A DNA stretch of 64,000 bases, taken from an uncultured Candidatus Actinomarina sp. (GTDB taxonomy: Bacteria > Actinomycetota > Acidimicrobiia > Actinomarinales > Actinomarinaceae). This document shows, piece after piece, positions 58,780 to 64,000 of this stretch. Location of the stretch: positions 64,001-128,000 of the forward strand of contig CACPJC010000002.1 of the NCBI GenBank assembly GCA_902634185.1, in the 5' to 3' direction. Every line of letters begins with the position of its first letter. Position 1 is the first letter of the stretch. A model generated the notes under the pieces. It saw only the letters and a list, made by a program, of their open reading frames with translations. It ran no database searches and was not told the DNA's origin. The position numbers were made by a program, and so were the translations under genes.

Positions 58780-59613
58780 CTAGGTTTTAACTCTTTTGAT
58801 CTTACTTATCATAAAAGATAGTCCAAAAATAGATGTAGCAACTAAAGACATGGATGGTCCAGAAGGAAGGTTAAAAAAATAAGATAAATATAAACCTGTT
58901 ACAGAGGAGAAAACGCCAAAAACAATACTAATCCTTATTGATGAATTAAATGTGTTCGTTACAAGTTTGGATGCGGCTGCTGGAATCAGTAGCATGCTCA
59001 AAACTAGTATTATGCCAACAGTTTGTAAGGAAGCTACTATGGCAACAGATAAAAGTATCATAAAGAGATAATTCAAAAAACTTATATTTAATCCTTTTAC
59101 TTCAGCACCTATAGGATCAAATGAATAAAAGAGTAATTGTTTGTAAAAAATTATCATTGTACCCAGTACAACAAGACACATACCAACAACTATGAAAACA
59201 TCAAATGTACTAACTGCCAAAATTTGTCCAAATAGCAAATCTTCCAAATTTATAGTTACGTCGAGTATTGAGATAAGAACAAAACCTAAGGCAAAAAATG
59301 AAGAAAAAATAATTCCTATTGCTGTATCTTCTCCAATATTTGTATTTTTTATTATAAAACCCAAGAAAATAGCTATGAGAACAGAGGCGGGGACTCCTAA
59401 TTCAGAGATACTAAATCCGAAAAAAACACCCACTGCAATAATTGGTAAAGTCGCATGAGCCATGGCATCAGCCATAAACCCCATATTTCTATTTACTGCA
59501 AATGGTCCCAAAAGAGATAACATTGTTCCTGATGCAATAGCAGTAACCAAGGACCTTATCATAAAATCATATTTGAAAGGCTCAAGGATAGCTTCAATCA
59601 TTTGTTTCTCCAT
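58780..59613 (-). CDS. znuB: Zn/Mn ABC transporter permease
   Basis: DAMAHA, EDTAIG, LFGQIL, SFDP, VGIILV. Confidence 0.88.
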   Translation of the reverse strand: MEKQMIEAILEPFKYDFMIRSLVTAIASGTMLSLLGPFAVNRNMGFMADAMAHATLPIIAVGVFFGFSISELGVPASVLIAIFLGFIIKNTNIGEDTAIGIIFSSFFALGFVLISILDVTINLEDLLFGQILAVSTFDVFIVVGMCLVVLGTMIIFYKQLLFYSFDPIGAEVKGLNISFLNYLFMILLSVAIVASLQTVGIILVLSMLLIPAAASKLVTNTFNSSIRISIVFGVFSSVTGLYLSYFFNLPSGPSMSLVATSIFGLSFMISKIKRVKT

Positions 59614-60385
59614 GACTATTTAAAGTATGATTTTTAAACATTGCACTGTGGGAACCATACATTTCTTCTATCACCTTTTCTGTTAAAACTTCTGAAGGTT
59701 TTCCATATGCGCAACAATGTCTGTTTAAACATAAAACTTCATCAAATCTTTCTTCTAGATTATTAATATCGTGAGTAGCAATTAAAACTGTTTTGCTATC
59801 AAGGTCGTTTTTATTAATTATGTTCATAATGTCTTCTTGAGCACCAACATCTACAGCGCTGAATGCTTCATCAAGTAATATGATTTGTGCATTTTGGGTC
59901 AAAGCTCTTGCAATTAAAACTCTCTGGAACTGACCACCTGATAAGTTGTTTATATTGGTATCAATTTGGTCGAGAAGGCCAACACTTTTCAGTGATGTAG
60001 ATATCTTATTTTTAGATTCTCTATTGTTTGAGTTAAAAAAAGTATTTTTATCTACCAAGCCCATTCCAACAACTTGGTTTACTGTTATTGGAAAACTACG
60101 ATTCATAAAATCTTTTTGAGGCACATAGCTTATTAAACTTTTTGCTTCCTGTGGATTTTTTCCATCTATCTTTATTGAGCCATTAGCTAAAGGAAGTAGT
60201 CCAACTATTGCGTTAAACAAAGTGGATTTACCTCCACCATTAGGGCCAACAACTGCAACTTTTTTTCCTTGATCAATAGAAAAAGTCACATCATCTAAAA
60301 CTAAATCATTCCCAAGCTCAACACACGCCCCATCGGAAACAATAGTTGGTCGACTTTTTTTAGTATTAATTTGTTCAGAGTTCAT
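59594..60385 (-). CDS. znuC: Zn/Mn ABC transporter ATPase
   Basis: GPNGGGKS, YVPQ, LSGGQFQR, LDE. Confidence 0.88.
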   Translation of the reverse strand: MNSEQINTKKSRPTIVSDGACVELGNDLVLDDVTFSIDQGKKVAVVGPNGGGKSTLFNAIVGLLPLANGSIKIDGKNPQEAKSLISYVPQKDFMNRSFPITVNQVVGMGLVDKNTFFNSNNRESKNKISTSLKSVGLLDQIDTNINNLSGGQFQRVLIARALTQNAQIILLDEAFSAVDVGAQEDIMNIINKNDLDSKTVLIATHDINNLEERFDEVLCLNRHCCAYGKPSEVLTEKVIEEMYGSHSAMFKNHTLNSHGETND

Positions 60386-60428
60386 ACAGACTCTTTGTTA
60401 GGTTTCTTGTAATTATATTACATTTAAC

Positions 60429-61493
60429 CTAATCGGTATCTTGTAAGTTCTCCGTAATTAATGTAACGTTGCTTATCAGAAATTCTGAGTATGATTGACC
60501 AGGTTTTAAGGTTTCAACATACAATCCTGTGACAGATTTAATACCAGTTTCTGCAACAATTGTTTCTGAATATACAGATGGTGCCTCAGATTCAATGAAA
60601 ATAACTTTTACATTGTTATCTTCAATAACATCAATTACTCCGGCTAAATCAGATGGTGATATTTCATTGGCTGAGTTTAGACTTGGAATTATGGTTGATA
60701 AGACTTCAAGTCCAAATTTTGCCTCTAAATAACCCAGTGACTCATGTGTAGTAATGAGTTTTCTGTTTTGAGATGGCACTGTAGAAATTAATTCTGATAC
60801 TTGTTTTGTTAAGTCATTTAATTCACTAACAAAAGAGTCTGCAGAGCTTTTATATGATGATTCGTTTTCTGGATCAAATTCAATCAATCTTGACTCAATA
60901 TATTCAGCTGCATAAGCCACTCTGCTTGGGTCAAACCAAAAGTGAGGATCGTATGCACCATGGTTGTGGCCTTCATGGTCGTCATGACCTTCTTCGTCAT
61001 CATGGTCGTCATGGTCGTCATGACCTTCTTCGTCATCATGGTCGTCATGACCTTCTTCGTCATCATGGTCGTCATGGTCATCATGGTCGTCATGACCACC
61101 TTCCTTAAACTCTATTGGAAAAACACTCTCGCCTACTTCTGATAAAATGTCAGTGCTACAGGCAGAGTTTTCTAATAATTTAACTAAAGCTGCTGGCTCA
61201 TAAAGTAGTCCAGTGTAAAAGACAAGGTCTGCCTCAGCTATTGTTCCAGCATCTTGAGGAGCTGGTTCGTAAGTGTGTGGGTTTGCTTCAGGAGGCATTA
61301 AAACTGTTAGGTTTATGTTTTCACCACCAACTTGACTAACAAATTCACCAATCATAGGTGTGGTTGCAACAACATTAATTTCTCTTCCATCAATGGCTGG
61401 ACAACCTGCTTCTTCAGATCCACCTCCAGCACATGCAACAAGAACCAGTGAAAGCGCTAGAATTGCAAATTTTGTCATAGGTTTTATTTTCAT
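60429..61493 (-). CDS. znuA: Zn ABC substrate-binding lipoprotein with His/Asp-rich loop
   Basis: Lipobox LVAC, NPHTYEP, DPHFW, THESLGY, HDD repeats. Confidence 0.9.
   Translation of the reverse strand: MKIKPMTKFAILALSLVLVACAGGGSEEAGCPAIDGREINVVATTPMIGEFVSQVGGENINLTVLMPPEANPHTYEPAPQDAGTIAEADLVFYTGLLYEPAALVKLLENSACSTDILSEVGESVFPIEFKEGGHDDHDDHDDHDDEEGHDDHDDEEGHDDHDDHDDEEGHDDHEGHNHGAYDPHFWFDPSRVAYAAEYIESRLIEFDPENESSYKSSADSFVSELNDLTKQVSELISTVPSQNRKLITTHESLGYLEAKFGLEVLSTIIPSLNSANEISPSDLAGVIDVIEDNNVKVIFIESEAPSVYSETIVAETGIKSVTGLYVETLKPGQSYSEFLISNVTLITENLQDTD
60974..61095. repeat. Tandem 9-bp/27-bp repeats encoding (HDD)n and EEGHDD
   Basis: CATGGTCGT / CATGACCTTCTTCGTCAT units. Confidence 0.9.
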
Positions 61494-61532
61494 TTAAGTT
61501 TCCTTATCTAATTTTAAAAATGCTAAATTACA

Positions 61533-61557
61533 ATAAATGAGAATAAGTCTCATTTAT
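61533..61557. promoter_or_regulatory. Zur/Fur-type operator between znuA and zur
   Basis: Palindrome ATAAATGAGA-ATAAG-TCTCATTTAT. Confidence 0.8.
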
Positions 61558-61626
61558 AACTTTGTCAAGTCTCCAAAAAGAAATTAAATATTTTTTTAAA
61601 GATAAATAAACTATTATTATGTACCT

Positions 61627-62061
61627 ATGCAAGATTCGAAAAAAATCTTATATGACAACAATGTTTCAATAACTAACCCTAGAATTTTAGTCCTTGAAGC
61701 TTTGCTTGATAATAAAAGTCCTATAACTGTAGATGAACTTTTAACAAAATTAGAAAATCAAGTTGCAAAATCAACCTTGTATAGGGTTTTAAGTGATTTG
61801 AAAAAAATAAATATACTTCAAGAATTTACAAACCTAGAAAATCAATCAGTTGTTGAGCTATTACTTGATACAGACTCACATCATCTTCATTTGTTTTGTA
61901 GTGACTGTGGAGAGATTATTGATGTAGAGATGGCCAATGAGTTTGAAGAAAAATTATCAAAAGAGATAAAAAGAATTGAAAAAAAATTTAATTTTATAAT
62001 TGAAGATCATAGGCTCGAGTTATTCGGAAAGTGTACTGATCTTTGTGAAAATTGTAGCTAA
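61627..62061 (+). CDS. zur: Fur-family regulator, probably Zur
   Basis: STLYRVL, HHLHLFCSDCG, H..ELFGKC..C; divergent from znuA. Confidence 0.85.
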   Translation: MQDSKKILYDNNVSITNPRILVLEALLDNKSPITVDELLTKLENQVAKSTLYRVLSDLKKINILQEFTNLENQSVVELLLDTDSHHLHLFCSDCGEIIDVEMANEFEEKLSKEIKRIEKKFNFIIEDHRLELFGKCTDLCENCS

Positions 62062-62065
62062 AGTT

Positions 62066-62242
62066 TTAAAGAATAATTCCAACTAAAGAAGCTTGAATCA
62101 ACATAGAATCAATAGCCATAAAAGAGTGATAATCTAATAACCTATTCACAACTGGTAAAATAATGCTTTCTGATGTCTCGGTTTCAACAGCTAAATAAGC
62201 TGTCTCATATCCTTGAGTAGTTAGGTTGCAAATAACACACAT
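62066..62242 (-). CDS. 58-aa protein with N-terminal CxxC (not in ORF track)
   Basis: MCVICNLTTQGYETAYLAVETETSESIILPVVNRLLDYHSFMAIDSMLIQASLVGIIL; fills the gap. Confidence 0.55.
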   Translation of the reverse strand: MCVICNLTTQGYETAYLAVETETSESIILPVVNRLLDYHSFMAIDSMLIQASLVGIIL

Positions 62243-62299
62243 AATAAATTCCCTGTTATTTCCAATTTTATAAAAATATCTGTTTATTGTAAACAGTAG

Positions 62300-63541
62300 A
62301 TGGATTATATTATCCCACTAACTTTTGGACATGGTGTCGTAAATGTTGGGGATTTGCCAATACCGTTCGACATAGTTTTAAATACTTCAGCTTTAGTTGT
62401 TCTTATTACTTTTGTTTATTTAAAGGTTTCATGGAAAGAATCAATTATTGCCCATCGTGAGGAAATATTTGACGATAAACAAAGTTTATTTGGGAAGTTG
62501 CTTGGATTTTTAATATTATTTTTACTTGTTGCTCCAGGTGTAATTAGTAATGAGTCCGCCAAAACATCAATTGCTCCGCTCATGTTATGGGTGTTTTTAT
62601 GGATTGGTGTTCCGGTTCTTGGTCTGTTGTTTGGAGATATATATGCAAAATTTAATCCTTTAAATCTCTTTCCTATTTCCTCAAATAAGCCTCAATCGGT
62701 ATATTTTGCTTGCATTTTGTTTATTGGGCTAACCTGGTTTGAGCTGGTGTGGAGAAAACCTGGAAACCCTCTCAATATTGGGGTTGTCTTTATATTGCTT
62801 TTTATTAGCGTAAATTTATTAAGGTATTTTTTAAAAAAATCATTAATTGAAGTTGATCCATTACTATTACTTCATTATTTGTACAGTAAGTTGAAACTAT
62901 TCAACTCGAGACCTTACTTTCGATCATTACTTAATAACATTGGAAATCTTGCAAGGCTTAGGGGTATTGAGTATTTTGTACTTTTAATGATTGGTACCGT
63001 AACTTACGATGGTTTGAGAGAAACCACTTTCTGGTATGAACAATTCGGACCAAGAATAAATGATATGGGATTCTCAACAATGATGTTCTTTCTAATGAAT
63101 CTAGCAACAATTCTGTTATATCGTTTTGCATGTTTCTTTGCAATAAAGATTGGAGGGTCTGATCTTGAGCTCAACAAGGTATCAAATCTGTTTGGACATA
63201 CAATGTTACCTATTGCTTTTGCATATCACGTAACACATTATTTAACTTTGTTACTATTTGAATCTCAAACTTTCTTTTTTCGATTGAACGATCCCATTGG
63301 GACTGGTTTAAATTTATTTAATGCTCAAGAACCATCTATTAACTACTTTGTAGAACCTATAGTTATTTGGAGTGTTCAAGTAGGTGTTACTCTTTTAGGC
63401 CATATGCTTAGTGTTGTTCTAGCTCATGATCTAGCGGTGAAGCTTTTTGGTCATCAACAAAGTGATAAAACACAATACATATTTTTATTTATAACTGTTG
63501 CACTAACACTTCAGGCTTTATTTGTTTTGAGTGTCGGATAA
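62300..63541 (+). CDS. Conserved actinobacterial multi-pass membrane protein
   Basis: HG...DLPIP, WV..W.G, WFELV, YDG, LPIA.AY..THY, GH..SV..AHD; resembles proteins often labelled fenitrothion hydrolase-like. Confidence 0.75.
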   Translation: MDYIIPLTFGHGVVNVGDLPIPFDIVLNTSALVVLITFVYLKVSWKESIIAHREEIFDDKQSLFGKLLGFLILFLLVAPGVISNESAKTSIAPLMLWVFLWIGVPVLGLLFGDIYAKFNPLNLFPISSNKPQSVYFACILFIGLTWFELVWRKPGNPLNIGVVFILLFISVNLLRYFLKKSLIEVDPLLLLHYLYSKLKLFNSRPYFRSLLNNIGNLARLRGIEYFVLLMIGTVTYDGLRETTFWYEQFGPRINDMGFSTMMFFLMNLATILLYRFACFFAIKIGGSDLELNKVSNLFGHTMLPIAFAYHVTHYLTLLLFESQTFFFRLNDPIGTGLNLFNAQEPSINYFVEPIVIWSVQVGVTLLGHMLSVVLAHDLAVKLFGHQQSDKTQYIFLFITVALTLQALFVLSVG

Positions 63542-64000
63542 CTTTTTCTCTATACTTGCAACACGCTCAGCTATTGGAGGATGAGAATAATAATAAGAAC
63601 TATATAAAGGGTCAGGTGTTAAGTTGCTTGCATTATCTTTAGTAAGTTTTAGAAGACCTGAAATCATATACTTTCCATCAGTAAATTTAAAAGAAAAGTC
63701 ATCTGCTGCAAATTCTCTTTGTCTTGATAGATAAGAAGTAATTGGTCGAGTAAAAAATGTATACGTCCCAGCAACAAGGTAAAAAAGAATAAATTTGGAA
63801 TATAAAGTAATGTCATTTAACCCATGAGATATAAAAAAGTTTTCTGATTTAAAAACTTCGCTTAAAATATAAAAACCAATGAAGCCAAAAACTAATGAGC
63901 TAATAAGTGACTTTCTAATATGTCCAAGTTTATAGTGGCCTAACTCATGACCTAATATTGCTTCCATTTCATCAGGTGTGATTGTTTCTAGTAATGTGTC
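63518..64000 (-). CDS. M48 (Ste24-like) metallopeptidase, 3' part
   Basis: HELGH, SRQREFAAD, YSHPP; runs off window end. Confidence 0.9.
   Translation of the reverse strand, partial: DTLLETITPDEMEAILGHELGHYKLGHIRKSLISSLVFGFIGFYILSEVFKSENFFISHGLNDITLYSKFILFYLVAGTYTFFTRPITSYLSRQREFAADDFSFKFTDGKYMISGLLKLTKDNASNLTPDPLYSSYYYSHPPIAERVASIEKKLSDTQNK

Noticed and set aside
60854-61142. His/Arg-, Met/Thr- and Val/Met-rich ORFs
   Set aside because: Alternate-frame and antisense readings of the znuA repeat

Overview
A gene-dense, AT-rich (roughly 30% GC by eye) chromosomal segment with actinobacterial markers (WhiB, GlnR-type regulator, F420 PPOX protein, actinobacterial-style rpsF leader, many apparently leaderless genes). 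This is most consistent with a streamlined marine actinobacterium such as Ca. Actinomarinales (inference). It encodes glnII/glnR, selA-selB, a split mannitol PTS (EIIC, EIIB, EIIA, mtlD, HPr, EI), rpsF-ssb-rpsR-rplI-dnaB, panB, lysA, nfo, two P450s, several acyltransferases, trpB2 with a Trp leader-peptide attenuator, and a Zur-controlled Zn ABC transporter. I saw no tRNA, rRNA, CRISPR array, integrase or transposase. The most unusual signals are: (1) twin ~88-nt structured RNA candidates (39.1 and 40.6 kb) with covarying GCAA-tetraloop hairpins, their own promoters and terminators, and an upstream TTCGCGAA palindrome that also occurs in the whiB promoter; (2) two further orphan promoter-plus-closing-stem RNA candidates (37.8 and 45.8 kb); (3) a module of double ABM-like-domain proteins paired with uncharacterised ~6-TM membrane proteins, expanded at two loci (21.8-23.5 kb and 48.1-51.9 kb); (4) unannotated microproteins, including MFCPECGCEDEN; (5) a membrane protein with two PmoC/AmoC-like metal motifs. 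All product calls are from motif recognition by eye; no database searches were run.
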